Origin: Octopus bimaculoides
Taxonomy: Eukaryota
DNA: 45,534 nucleotides
Direction: 5' to 3'
Assembly (NCBI RefSeq): GCF_001194135.2
Contig: NC_068988.1
Span: 60,530,753-60,576,286 of the forward strand
In this document: positions 25,388-37,467 of the stretch, piece by piece
Numbering within the stretch: position 1 is the first letter of the stretch
Layout: every line of letters starts with the position of its first letter
The notes under the pieces: model-generated
Database searches by the model: none
What the model saw: only the letters and a program-made list of their open reading frames with translations
Told to the model about the DNA's origin: nothing
Translations under genes and position numbers: made by a program

Positions 25388-25760
25388 TTCATCATCATCA
25401 CTTAATGTCCACTTTCCATGCTGGCATGGGTTGGACGGTTTGACTGAGGACTGGCGAACCAGATGGTTGCACCAGGCTCAGTTCTGATCGGGCAGAGTTT
25501 CTACACCTGGATGCCCTTCCTAACTCCAACCACTCTGAGAGTGTAGTGGGTGCTTTTACATGCCACCAGCACATAAGGGCCAGTCAGGCGGTACTGACGA
25601 CAGCCACGCTCAAATGGTGTATTTTACGTGCCACCTGCACAGGAGCCAGTCCAGTGGCACTGGCAACGACCTCGCTCGAATGTTGTTTTTCACGTGCCAG
25701 TAAGGCGACGCTGGTAACGATCACACTCGAATGGTGTTTTTTATGTGCCACCAGCACAGG
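25388..25760 (-). mobile_element. Family C RTE 3'UTR copy
   Basis: Reverse complement of the family core. It lies tail-to-tail with a more diverged + copy at about 25110-25350. Confidence 0.86.
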
Positions 25761-25794
25761 ATTTTACTAATATGCAAAGTCAAGGCAAGGAGAC

Positions 25795-25829
<35 letters not shown>

Positions 25830-26067
25830 AGGCTTCTTTCAGTTTCCACTTACCAAATCCACTCATGTGGCTTTGGTTACTATATAGTACAAAACAGTTG
25901 CCTTAAGTGTCACACAGTGAGACTGAACTCAAAACCCTGTGGCTGGAGAGCAAACTTCTTATTTCTCTATTGCCCACAAGGGGCTAAACATAGAGGGGAC
26001 AAACGGATTAAGTCGATTACATCGACCCCAGTGCGTAACTGGTACTTGATTTATCGACCCCAAAAGG

Positions 26068-26951
26068 NNNNNNNNNNNNNNNNNNNNNNNNNNNNNNNNN
26101 NNNNNNNNNNNNNNNNNNNNNNNNNNNNNNNNNNNNNNNNNNNNNNNNNNNNNNNNNNNNNNNNNNNNNNNNNNNNNNNNNNNNNNNNNNNNNNNNNNNN
26201 NNNNNNNNNNNNNNNNNNNNNNNNNNNNNNNNNNNNNNNNNNNNNNNNNNNNNNNNNNNNNNNNNNNNNNNNNNNNNNNNNNNNNNNNNNNNNNNNNNNN
26301 NNNNNNNNNNNNNNNNNNNNNNNNNNNNNNNNNNNNNNNNNNNNNNNNNNNNNNNNNNNNNNNNNNNNNNNNNNNNNNNNNNNNNNNNNNNNNNNNNNNN
26401 NNNNNNNNNNNNNNNNNNNNNNNNNNNNNNNNNNNNNNNNNNNNNNNNNNNNNNNNNNNNNNNNNNNNNNNNNNNNNNNNNNNNNNNNNNNNNNNNNNNN
26501 NNNNNNNNNNNNNNNNNNNNNNNNNNNNNNNNNNNNNNNNNNNNNNNNNNNNNNNNNNNNNNNNNNNNNNNNNNNNNNNNNNNNNNNNNNNNNNNNNNNN
26601 NNNNNNNNNNNNNNNNNNNNNNNNNNNNNNNNNNNNNNNNNNNNNNNNNNNNNNNNNNNNNNNNNNNNNNNNNNNNNNNNNNNNNNNNNNNNNNNNNNNN
26701 NNNNNNNNNNNNNNNNNNNNNNNNNNNNNNNNNNNNNNNNNNNNNNNNNNNNNNNNNNNNNNNNNNNNNNNNNNNNNNNNNNNNNNNNNNNNNNNNNNNN
26801 NNNNNNNNNNNNNNNNNNNNNNNNNNNNNNNNNNNNNNNNNNNNNNNNNNNNNNNNNNNNNNNNNNNNNNNNNNNNNNNNNNNNNNNNNNNNNNNNNNNN
26901 NNNNNNNNNNNNNNNNNNNNNNNNNNNNNNNNNNNNNNNNNNNNNNNNNNN
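26068..26951. other. Assembly gap in STX8 intron 3/4 region (candidate location of exon 4)
   Basis: 884 N. Other gaps: 2307-2934, 10087-10424, 21345-21392, 24182-24191, 30925-30934, 32850-33744, 43129-43267 and 43895-44318. Confidence 0.99.
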
Positions 26952-27018
26952 TATATATATATATATTTATGAAAAGTGTAGGTGGCATATGAGTGGGTAT
27001 ATATTTATTAAAAAGAAG

Positions 27019-27206
27019 TTTGAAAAACGTCACTATATAAGATAAATTTTAATTTTCTGAGAAACTTTACGTTTCGATTCTTCTTGAAAAAAACGAACCT
27101 TATCAAAAATATGTATTTTTGATAAGGTTTGTTTTTTCAAGAAGAATCGAAACTTGTAAAATCTCTCAGAAAATTAAAATTTATCTTATATAGTGCTGTT
27201 TTCAAA
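27019..27206. repeat. 188-bp near-perfect palindrome
   Basis: Two ~93-bp arms, tttgaaaaacgtcactatataag...ttatcaaaaata and tatttttgataagg...cttatatagtgctgttttcaaa, surround a 2-nt centre (tg). Confidence 0.9.
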
Positions 27207-27448
27207 CATATATATATATATGTGACGGGGTTCTTTCAGTTTCCGTCCACCAGATCCACTTACAAGGCTTTGGTCAGCCTAAGGCTATAGTAGAAGACAC
27301 TTGCCATGCAGCGGGACTGAACCCAGACTCATGTGATTGATAAGCAAGCTACTTACCACACAGCCACTCCTGCGCCTGTGTGAATGATTTTTATTTTTCC
27401 TGCTGCTTTTGCAGATTTCCTTGACTTTCTATCGTCATCCAATTCCAT

Positions 27449-27814
27449 TATCACCTCTGCCTTAGTGAAGGCGGAGGTATTGTTTTCAGTTGTGTTTGTT
27501 TGTTTGTTTGTTTGTCTATGGACAAGATATCTCATGAACTACTGGATGGATTCAGATGAAACTTTCAGAGATAATTGACTTCATGACTGGCATGAACTGA
27601 TTAGATTTTGGGATGAATCCAGTACTGGACAAGGATTCCAGATTATTTTTCCTAGTTTTTTAGAGCAGTCAGGTTCATTTTTAGTATTCTCATTTTTGAG
27701 AGCAGTTGAGTTTATTTCAGATATTCTCATTTTAAAAATAAAATCTCTGGCTAATCGTTAAGAGAATGTTGGTGTTGCTTTGGTGAAGGTTTGCACTCTC
27801 TCAGTGCTCTTGTT
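27449..27814 (-). mobile_element. Same HINE-like element, inverted copy
   Basis: Reverse complement of 31301-31678, with the terminal hairpin acctctgccttagtgaaggcggaggt at 27453-27478. Confidence 0.65.
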
Positions 27815-28167
27815 ATGAATTTGAATTGGGAGCTAGAGCTACAATGAATCTTTCATTAGCTGATTACACAACCATGGACACCACCCCTATGGATGCACTG
27901 CAGTTACTCTCTTGATACAGCTTGGCAATCTTGACTATTGATCTTCTAAGATTCCTCTGCTCAGCATCAATGTTAGAAGCACTATCAACTCGGTTGAGCC
28001 CTTCCACTGTTTCTTTGCAATCCACCATACTGCATTACCATGATTTCACTGTATCTCTGGCCGGGATACAGTGGCTGATTGTGTGTTATGCTTTGCCAAT
28101 GGGCAAACCATAGCCATGCGGTGCACCGTTGTCACTCCATATGGTATTTTGAAAATTAACACTACAT

Positions 28168-28430
28168 TGCCAGTGCAGGTGGCATGTAAAATACACCATT
28201 TCGAGCGTAGCCGTCGCCAGTACCGCCTGACTGGCTCTCGTGCCGGTGGCATGTAAAAGCACCCACTACACTCTCGGAGTGGTTGGCGTTAGGAAGGGCA
28301 TCCAGCTGTAGAAACTCTGCCAAATCAGAACTGAGCCTGGTGTAGCCATCTGGTCCACCAGTTCTCAGTCAAATCGTCCAACCCATGCTAGCATGGAAAC
28401 CGGACGTTAAACGACGATGATGATGAGGAG
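28168..28430 (+). mobile_element. Family C RTE 3'UTR copy
   Basis: Same core and tail as 41545-41862. Confidence 0.88.
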
Positions 28431-29169
28431 GAGGAAGGTTGCGAAACAGCTGTAGTCTTATGGAAGTTACAGGGATAAATAGATATATATTCACCTCTCA
28501 CACCTCCTGACTTTATTGTTTTATGTATGTATGTGTGTGTGTGTGTGTGTGTATATCAATCCATCTATCTATCCATCTATCCATCTATCTATGTGTGTGT
28601 GTCTATGCCTATCTATCTATCTATCTATCTATGCATACACACACACACAACAAGTGCACACTCATTCACATGTTTCTGTGTAGTGCAGATTACTATGCAC
28701 ATCCATACACATGCAAGTAAAAAAAAAGAGGAAGAAACAGAAAATAAGAGCAGAATCTCTGCCTCTGTTCAGTACTGCCATGCCCTTCCTCTTACCCTCA
28801 CCCTCCACTCATCTCAATGAAGTGTATGTGTGTGGGAGGGAGTGGGGTTTGTTGGGAGAAGGGGGAGTGGGAGTGGCGTGGTATTTACCTTGACATTTTC
28901 AACACTTAGAGAATGTGGGAGGCTGTACACTGGAAGTTGTAACTTTTTATGTCATATGTGTGTGTGTTTGTAGGATGGGTGGGTAGGGGGCTGGCGATGA
29001 GAGAGATAGAAGGAAAGAAAGAGAGAGAGAGAGGGGGAGAGGGAGCGTGGGAGATAGTATGTGTGAGAATAGTAGATATAGTGACAAATAGACAGCTAGA
29101 TGGATTGTTAGATAAGATGGTTGAATAGATAATCAGATACATCCACATGCATTGTACGTGCATGCGCAC

Positions 29170-29208
<39 letters not shown>

Positions 29209-29924
29209 AACAAGCAAAAATACCCTGTTGATGTTGTTGAAATTCCAATGAAGGAACCTTGGATCTAGGTTAGAAACCAGCTCTTTCTCTATTGGCATAA
29301 AATCTTGAAATAGAACTAAATAACGACATACATACATCTTCAAAACATCCCATAGAATGAGCAGAAGACCGAAGAACTGATTTATAGACACATTTGACTT
29401 CTCGTTACCATTGTTACTCAACGCAGAGTAGATTATTGTTCCTGAGCACTAGGCTATATTGGATGTTTTGTTATATTTTGGTGATTTCTGTACCCTAATA
29501 GGAGATGAAGACCACATAAATATATTGATATTATTAGCAAACTCACACAACATGAGATTTAGCAAAACTAATGTGGGACAAAAATTCCTGGTGAATGTGG
29601 TAAATTGCTTCTCAGGTTGTGGCCACATGAAGATACATATTTCAAGCACACATGTGTCTTTATGCCAGGTGTTGAAAAGCTAAAGCATAACAGAGGGACA
29701 AGCACCAGTGTGTTGCTGTAGAAGAGATTTGTGGTTGAAGGAGATATACTGCTTGACGTAGAGCAGACATATAGAGATAGACCAAAGTAATGAAAGAATA
29801 AATAGTCTAGACTGACTGATATATATATGTATGTATATATGTATATATTGTGTGTTTCTTGAATGGCTTATAAACACCTTCCACGCTGCAATTATATGTA
29901 TATATATACATGCTAGAGCAGCTG

Positions 29925-30300
29925 TCTGGCTTACGTGCCGGTGGCACGTAAATAACACCATTTGAGTGTGATCGTTACCAGCGTCGCCTTCCTGGCACTT
30001 GTAGCGGTGGCACGTGAAAAGACATTCGAGCGAGATCGTTGCCAGTGCCGCTGGACTGGCTCCTGTGCAGGTGGCACGTAAAATACACTATTTTGAGCGT
30101 GGCCGTTGCCAGTACCGCCTGACTGGCCTTCGTGCGGGTGACACGTAAAAGCACCCACTACACTCTCGGAGTGGTTGGCGTTAGGAAGGGCATCCAGCTG
30201 TAGAAACTCTGCAAAATCAGATTGGAGCCTGGTATAGCCACCTGGTTCAAACTGTCCAACCCATGCTAGCATGAAAAGAGGATGTTAAACGATGATGATG
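29925..30300 (+). mobile_element. Family C RTE 3'UTR copy
   Basis: gccagt...ggcacgtaaaa modules, ggaagggcatccagctgtagaaact core and (GAT)n tail. Confidence 0.88.
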
Positions 30301-30389
30301 AGGAGGAGGATGTGTAATCATCATCATCATTAACATCCAGTGTTTTAAATCTGGGTTTTGTTCCCGTTAACATGAGTGGCCAGATCTAC

Positions 30390-30835
30390 CTCAATGCCAA
30401 AGCAACCACCCTCACACCATCTCGTCATCTTGTCCGGTTTTGGGCATCCTCCTTTTTCAAATCAACCTTCCCAATCTCCTCCTCCACCTCTCCCTTCCAC
30501 CTTTTCTTCGGTCTATCTCGCTTTCATGCTCCATTTACTTCAAATGCAATCACCCTCCTCAGAACATGCTCTTTATCCCTCCTCAACACATGCCCATATC
30601 ACCTCACTCCATTCACCCTTACCAACCATTCCGATTCCTCCAATCCCAGCATTCCCATCAAATCCTCAGTCCTCCTCTTATCAAACAGTTTCACCCCAAC
30701 ACATTTCTCTCACCATTGCTCTCTCAGTCCTTCTCCAAATTACCATCTCTCTCTCCCTCAGACACCATGTCTCACTCCCATACAGCATTGCAGCTCTCAC
30801 ACAACTCATATATACACCAGTTTGATTTCCACTCA
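30390..30835 (-). mobile_element. RTE LINE C-terminal fragment (second subfamily)
   Basis: The minus strand reads SCVRAAMLYGSETWCLRE...YGHVLRRD...RDRPKKRW..., a typical RTE end, with stops and a frameshift. Confidence 0.88.
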
Positions 30836-30934
30836 TTTATTATTAACATTTTTTCTTCCAAATTTTTCATCGCTTTTGCAGCCTTGTCAACAATGGGACA
30901 GGGTCAGCATCTATTGACAAGGCTNNNNNNNNNN

Positions 30935-31300
30935 TGTGGTAAGTAGCTTGCTTACGAACCACATGGTTCCAGGTTCAGTCCCACTGCGTGGCACCTTGGG
31001 CAAGTGTCTTCTACTATAGCCTCGGGCCGACCAAAGCCTTTTGAGTGGATTTGGTAGACGGAAACTGAAAGAAGCCCGTCGTATATATGTATGTATGTGT
31101 ATGTGTCTGTGTTTGTCTCCCCAACATCGCTTGACAACTGATGCTGGTGTGTTTACGTCCCCGTCACTTAGCGGTTCGGCAAAAGAGACCGATAGAATAA
31201 GTACTAGGCTTACAAGGAATAAGTCCTGGGGTCGGTTTGCTCGACTAAAGGTGGTGCTCCAGCATAGCCACAGTGAAATGACTGAAACAAGTAAAAGAGT
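30935..31300 (+). mobile_element. SINE family A copy
   Basis: Collinear with 34562-34957. It starts at a 10-N gap. Confidence 0.88.
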
Positions 31301-31678
31301 AAGAGCACTCAGAGAGTGCAAAGCTCCACCATGGCAACATCAATGTCCTCTCAACAATTAGCCAGAGATGATTTTTGAAATGAGAATATCTGAAATAAAC
31401 TTGACTGCTCTCACAAATGAGAAGACTAAAAATGAATCTGACCGCTCTCAAAAATTAAGTAAAAAGAAAGCAGGAAAAATAATCCAGAATCCTTGTCTGG
31501 GACTGGATCGATCCCAAAATCTAATCAGTTTGTGCCAGTCACAAAGCCAAACATTCCTGAAAGTTTCATCTGAATCCATCCAGCTGTTCTTGAGATATCT
31601 TGTCCATGGACAAACAAACAAACAAACAAACAAACACAACAGAAAACAATACTCCTGCCTTCACTAAGGCGGAGGTAA
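31301..31678 (+). mobile_element. Non-autonomous Helentron-type (HINE/DINE-1-like) element
   Basis: 5' aagagcactcagagagtgca, an internal (CAAA)n tract and a 3' hairpin ctcctgccttcactaaggcggag followed by gtaat. Confidence 0.65.
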
Positions 31679-31884
31679 TAATAAATGAGTGGAAATCAAA
31701 CCGGTGTGTGTGTTAGATAACAAGGCATTAAGACAACATGACTCTCCCAAGACTGCTTCCCAACCACATGGTTCTGGGTTCAGTGCCATTATGTGGCACC
31801 TTGGGCAAGCATCTTCTGCTATAGCTTTGGGCCGACCAAAGCCTTGTGAGTGGATTTGATAGACAGAAACTGGAAGAAGCCCAT

Positions 31885-31934
<50 letters not shown>

Positions 31935-32521
31935 GTCAGATAAATGAATTGGATAAGATGACTAATATAAATAGATATAGTTTACTAGATGGCACATACA
32001 AAGTAGAAATAGATAGAATAGATTGATTTTGCATGCTTTTGACAGATATATAAGCATTGACAGATATATTGAGAGAGAGAGAGATGGAATCATTATTAGT
32101 AAAAAAGAAGAGATGCATAGCTACAGTGGCTGGAATAGACAAGAAAACAGAGCTAAACCGCCCACCCCCATCCACTTTGAGACAGAAAGGAAGTGTGAAA
32201 AGCTGTCATTTCCCATTGGGCATAAAAGATTCTAGCAATTGTGTTCACAGGGAACGTTCTAGAACTTGTTTACTGTGACATAATTGGGATGTGTGCAAAT
32301 TGCTTCTTCCATTGCTTATTGAGCTCTCTCTCACTCTCTCTCTCTCTGTCAACCAGCAGGATGAAAATGAAGATACTTTGAAATTAGGTCACTTTGGTAC
32401 ATTTCACCACAAAATTTGGTTCACTAAGGTCAAATATTCATATACACAAACTTGTATATTTGCAGACATATACAGCCACACACACACATGCATAACTACA
32501 TGTGCATACCCACACATGCAC

Positions 32522-32564
<43 letters not shown>

Positions 32565-32570
32565 CATCAG

Positions 32571-32623
<53 letters not shown>

Positions 32624-32661
32624 TTGTCTGTCTGTCTATCTATCTATCTATCTATCTATCT
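32522..32661. repeat. (TATC)n microsatellite
   Basis: Directly visible. A similar tract lies at 28555-28632. Confidence 0.95.
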
Positions 32662-34275
32662 ACAGGCATATATAATACAAATAATATGTGAGTATATGCA
32701 TATATACATACATGTATGTACATACCTACATCTACATGTATATATAGATGCATATCTGGGTACAGGACGTCACAAAAAAACGTGGACAAAATGAAAAACA
32801 GAACATAAACAGAGCACAGAAAATAAACAGGCCACATAGAGAATATTTCNNNNNNNNNNNNNNNNNNNNNNNNNNNNNNNNNNNNNNNNNNNNNNNNNNN
32901 NNNNNNNNNNNNNNNNNNNNNNNNNNNNNNNNNNNNNNNNNNNNNNNNNNNNNNNNNNNNNNNNNNNNNNNNNNNNNNNNNNNNNNNNNNNNNNNNNNNN
33001 NNNNNNNNNNNNNNNNNNNNNNNNNNNNNNNNNNNNNNNNNNNNNNNNNNNNNNNNNNNNNNNNNNNNNNNNNNNNNNNNNNNNNNNNNNNNNNNNNNNN
33101 NNNNNNNNNNNNNNNNNNNNNNNNNNNNNNNNNNNNNNNNNNNNNNNNNNNNNNNNNNNNNNNNNNNNNNNNNNNNNNNNNNNNNNNNNNNNNNNNNNNN
33201 NNNNNNNNNNNNNNNNNNNNNNNNNNNNNNNNNNNNNNNNNNNNNNNNNNNNNNNNNNNNNNNNNNNNNNNNNNNNNNNNNNNNNNNNNNNNNNNNNNNN
33301 NNNNNNNNNNNNNNNNNNNNNNNNNNNNNNNNNNNNNNNNNNNNNNNNNNNNNNNNNNNNNNNNNNNNNNNNNNNNNNNNNNNNNNNNNNNNNNNNNNNN
33401 NNNNNNNNNNNNNNNNNNNNNNNNNNNNNNNNNNNNNNNNNNNNNNNNNNNNNNNNNNNNNNNNNNNNNNNNNNNNNNNNNNNNNNNNNNNNNNNNNNNN
33501 NNNNNNNNNNNNNNNNNNNNNNNNNNNNNNNNNNNNNNNNNNNNNNNNNNNNNNNNNNNNNNNNNNNNNNNNNNNNNNNNNNNNNNNNNNNNNNNNNNNN
33601 NNNNNNNNNNNNNNNNNNNNNNNNNNNNNNNNNNNNNNNNNNNNNNNNNNNNNNNNNNNNNNNNNNNNNNNNNNNNNNNNNNNNNNNNNNNNNNNNNNNN
33701 NNNNNNNNNNNNNNNNNNNNNNNNNNNNNNNNNNNNNNNNNNNNTCTGTATTCCCGAGCGTCAAACTAATACATCCTTTTGTTGTTTACACCACCTGTCC
33801 TCGTCTGTTGTTGTTTTTTTTCGTACATTCTTCCATATATATATATATATATATATACGTGATGCCGTCTGACTGGCAGCTGTGCCGGTGGCATGTAAAA
33901 AGCACCTTTTGAGTGTTGGGCCTCATGGAAGCAGTGACAGGCGACCATGACTTTTAGCAATATACCATGCTTGTGTAAACATTTCAAGTCAAGTGAGAAC
34001 ATAGTCATGGCCAATTCTGGTGTCACATCAATAGCTCGCATGCAGGTGGCACATAAAAAGTACCTACCACACTCTTGGAGTGGTTGGCATTAAGAAGGGC
34101 CCCCAAGTATAGAAACCTTGCCAAATCAGACTGGAACCTGGTGCAGCTCCCTGGCTTACCAGAGCTTTCAGTCAAACCGTTCAACCCATGCCAGCATGGA
34201 AAACAGATATTGAATGATGATGATGATGAATTTTTCTTTCAAAATCTTAGCATTTTGTTGTACACATATACTGAT

Positions 34276-34492
34276 ATTCTTTTCTACTCTAGACACAAGG
34301 GCCGAAATTTTTTGGGAGGCGGGACAGTTGATTAGATTGACTCCAGTACGTAACTGGTACTTAATTTATTAACCCTGAAAGGATGAAAGGCAAAGTCGAC
34401 CTTGGTGGAATTTGAACTCAGAACGTAAAGACAGACAAAATATTGCTAAGCATTTTGCCTGGCATGCTCACGTTTCTGTCAGTTTGCTGCCT
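34276..34492 (-). mobile_element. SINE family F
   Basis: Reverse complement of the 11984-12200 family. Confidence 0.8.
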
Positions 34493-34561
34493 TATATGTA
34501 TACTGATGTTGCATGTTCAATGTCACACTAGCTTCATTCCTGTCTAGTCTTTACACGTACA

Positions 34562-34955
34562 GGCGCAGGAGTGGCTGTGTGGTAAGTAGCTTGCTTACCA
34601 ACCACATGGTTCCGGGTTCAGTCCCACTGCGTGGCACCTTGGGCAAGTGTCTTCTATTATAGCCTCGGGCCAACCAATGCCTTGTGAGTGGATTTGGTAG
34701 ACGGAAACTGAAAGAAACCCGTCGTATATATATATATATGTATGTGTGTTTGTGTGTCTGTGTTTGTCCCCCCACCATCGCTTGACAACCGATGCTGGTG
34801 TGTTTACGTCCCCGTAACTTAGCGGTTCGGCAAAATGAGACCGATAGAATAAGTACTAGGTTTACAAAGAAGAAGTCTTGGGGTCGATTTGTTCGACTAA
34901 AGGCAGTGCTCCAGCATGGCCACAGTCAAATGACTGAAACAAGTAAAAGAGTAAA

Positions 34956-34957
<2 letters not shown>
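34562..34957 (+). mobile_element. tRNA-headed SINE family A, full length
   Basis: Pol III A box TGGCTGTGTGG and B box GGTTCAGTCCC, CORE-like ccttgggcaagtgtctt, an internal (TA)/(TG) tract and a tail ...tgaaacaagtaaaagagtaa. Confidence 0.9.
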
Positions 34958-35014
<57 letters not shown>

Positions 35015-35231
35015 ACTCTGCATTCAGAGCCCACATCTCACTAACCATTTAGCATTGATGTTTGTACACTAGCATCATACATGTTATATCTTCATCATCA
35101 TCACCATGCTAATGATTTTGCCCCCTTGTCTCCTTACAACATTACTTGGCTTTCTCCAGATACTACTCTCTCTGTTCATATATCTTCTGATATCCTGTAT
35201 TTTATAGAATCCACTTTGATTTATCTCACAG

Positions 35232-35356
35232 GCAGAACTTGATGTCCAGCCCTCCCACAAGCCGTCCTGCTACAAACCCTTGGCTAGATGAACCAGAAGA
35301 GTTCCAAAGTATGGGCAACCAAAATCTACGTACACACCAACAGAGAGTTATTGCAC
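35232..35356 (+). CDS. STX8: Syntaxin-8 exon 5 (125 nt)
   Basis: ctcacag|G CAG AAC TTG...ATT GCA C|gtaagc encodes QNLMSSPPTSRPATNPWLDEPEEFQSMGNQNLRTHQQRVIA, including the conserved NPW..EPEE motif of STX8. Confidence 0.93.
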
Positions 35357-36092
35357 GTAAGCTCTTTCATTGTTTTTTTCCCCATTTCATATAATTACTC
35401 TGGTGGAATTGGTAAGCTTTCATTGAAGTTGTGACCTATAATTCACTCTTGCTTCCTGAGTGGAACCAATTTCAATCAAATTGCTGAATTTTATTTATTT
35501 ATTTATATTTTTATGTTAATATTTTTCTTCAATTTTTAATTTTTTTAAAAATGTTAGTGTTGTTTCAAGGGTGTGTGGCTTTGAGCATTTGTACAGATGT
35601 TTGATTAGCCAATAGGCGCAGGCATGGCTTTGTGGTAAGAAGCTTACTTCCTAATCACATGGTTTGAGGTTCAGTCCCACTGTGTGGCACTTTGGACAAG
35701 TGTCTTCTGCTACAGCCTCAGGCTGACCAAAGCCTTGTGAGTGGATTTGGTAGATGGAAACTGAAAGAAGCCCATCATCATATAAAATTCCTTATCTTTG
35801 CAAGTTACTTGGTGACCCTGTCAGTGCTGGCATCACATAAAGAGCATCAAGCTCACACTGTAAGGTGGTTGGCATTTGGAAGGGCATCCAGCTGTAAAAA
35901 TCATGCCAAAACTAACTGTACTGTACCTGTGCTGGTGCCACATAAAAAGCACTGAGTCCACTCTGCAGGGTGGTTGGTGTTAGGAAGGGCATCCAGCCAT
36001 AAAAACCCTGCCAAAACAGACACAATAGCCTGGGGTAGTCTTCTGTCTGGCCAGCTCCTGTCAACCATCCTACTCATGCATGCAAAGAAGGT

Positions 36093-37040
36093 GACCTTGC
36101 TCTAATAGCTGAGTCACTCCCAAAACTAGAGATGAAGTTTCAAGTGTGGAAGCAAGGTCTAGAATCGAAGGGCTTTAGAGTAAATCTGGCGAAAACCAAA
36201 GTCCTAGTAAGTAGGAAGGCAGACAAATCACAAACCTCTTCAGATAGATGGCCCTGCTCGATCTATAGAAAAGGCATAGGTAGAAACTCCATAAGATGTA
36301 CCCGGTGTAAGCTATGGACACATAAGAGGTGCAGCAATATCACAGGAAGGTTAACCGGGAAGATAGATTTTGTGTGCGACAGATTCACAGGGGCAATAAA
36401 CACTGAAGGTGTACAGAAAATAGATTTCATCACATGCCAGGGGAAGAAACTAGAAGTAGTTAATAGCTTTTGCTACTTTGGTGACTAAGTCTGTTGTGGG
36501 AGTGGATGCTCTGAGAGTGTTGCCACTAGAATAAGAATAGCCCGGGCAAAGTTGAGAAAGCTCCTACCTCTGCTGGTAACAAAGGGCCTCTCGCTCAGAG
36601 TGAAAGGTAGACTGTATGATGCATGTGTGTGAACAACCATGCTACACAGCAGTGAAACACGGGACATGACTGTTGAGGACATACATAGGCTTGAAAGAAA
36701 TGAAGCTAGTATGATTCGCAGGATGTGTAATGTCAGTATGCATACACAACAGAGTGTAAGCGCCCTGAGACAAATGTTGGACATAAGAAGCATCAGATGT
36801 GGTGTGCAAGAGAGATGACTGTGCTGGTGCGGTCATCTGCTGCATATGGATGAGGAGAGCTGTGTGAAGAAGTGTCACACCCTAACAGTGGAAAGAACCC
36901 GTGGAAGAGGGAAACTGAGGAAGACATGGGATGAGGTGGTGAAGCACGACCTTCGAACGTTGGGCCTCACAGAGGCAATGACGAAAGACTGAGACCTTTG
37001 GAGATATACTGTGATTGAGAAGACCTGGCAAGTAAAGTGA
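36093..37040 (+). mobile_element. 5'-truncated RTE-clade LINE, RT C-terminal half with internal Cys/His finger, in STX8 intron 5
   Basis: A single frame runs (D)DLALIAES..KGFRVNLAKTKVLV..[Cys-rich]..LEVVNSFCYFGD..MLHSSET..CGH..RGRGKLRKTW..LWRYTVIEKTWQVK*. It has 4 internal stops and no frameshift. Confidence 0.93.
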
Positions 37041-37296
37041 GATCACAGCCATGGCTGATACCAGTGTCGCATAACCAGCCCGTTTATAAGTGCCTTTGAA
37101 TTGTCAGGTGATATGCTGTGCTTGAGAAGACCTGTTGAGTCAAGTGAAATTGAATGGTGGCCAATGATCTGGCAAGTAAAGTGAGATCACAGCTGTGGCC
37201 GATACCAGTGTTGCATAGCCAGCCCATTTAAAAGTACCCTTGAATCATGGGGTGATATGCTGCGCTTGAGAAACCCTGTTGAGTCAAGTAAAATCA
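37026..37296 (+). repeat. Two tandem ~130-140 bp units at the start of the RTE 3'UTR
   Basis: ctggcaagtaaagtgagatcacagc...ttgagaa(g/a)(a/c)cctgttgagtcaagt(g/a)aaat occurs twice (about 37026-37168 and 37169-37296). Confidence 0.85.
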
Positions 37297-37467
37297 AAAA
37301 CCAAAATAGAAATTAATACTATTAATAATAATGTTTAATATATCTAAAAAGTAAGTATAAAAGTAAGTGGTGGTGGCCACTATAAATGAAGTGCCGTATA
37401 TTAGATGACAGACATACTTAGAGAATTTTCATTTTAAACTGAAATATTTCCTGCTGTTCTTTTGTAG

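Noticed and set aside
27820-28165. Possible minus-strand LINE C-terminal fragment (…NIDAEQRNLRRSIVKIAKL…)
   Set aside because: No diagnostic motif that I could assign with confidence.
32023-32278. ORFs with ERERDGII/REREMESLL as candidate STX8 exon 4
   Set aside because: Similarity comes from a (GA)n tract, and there are no suitable splice sites or U12 branch point.
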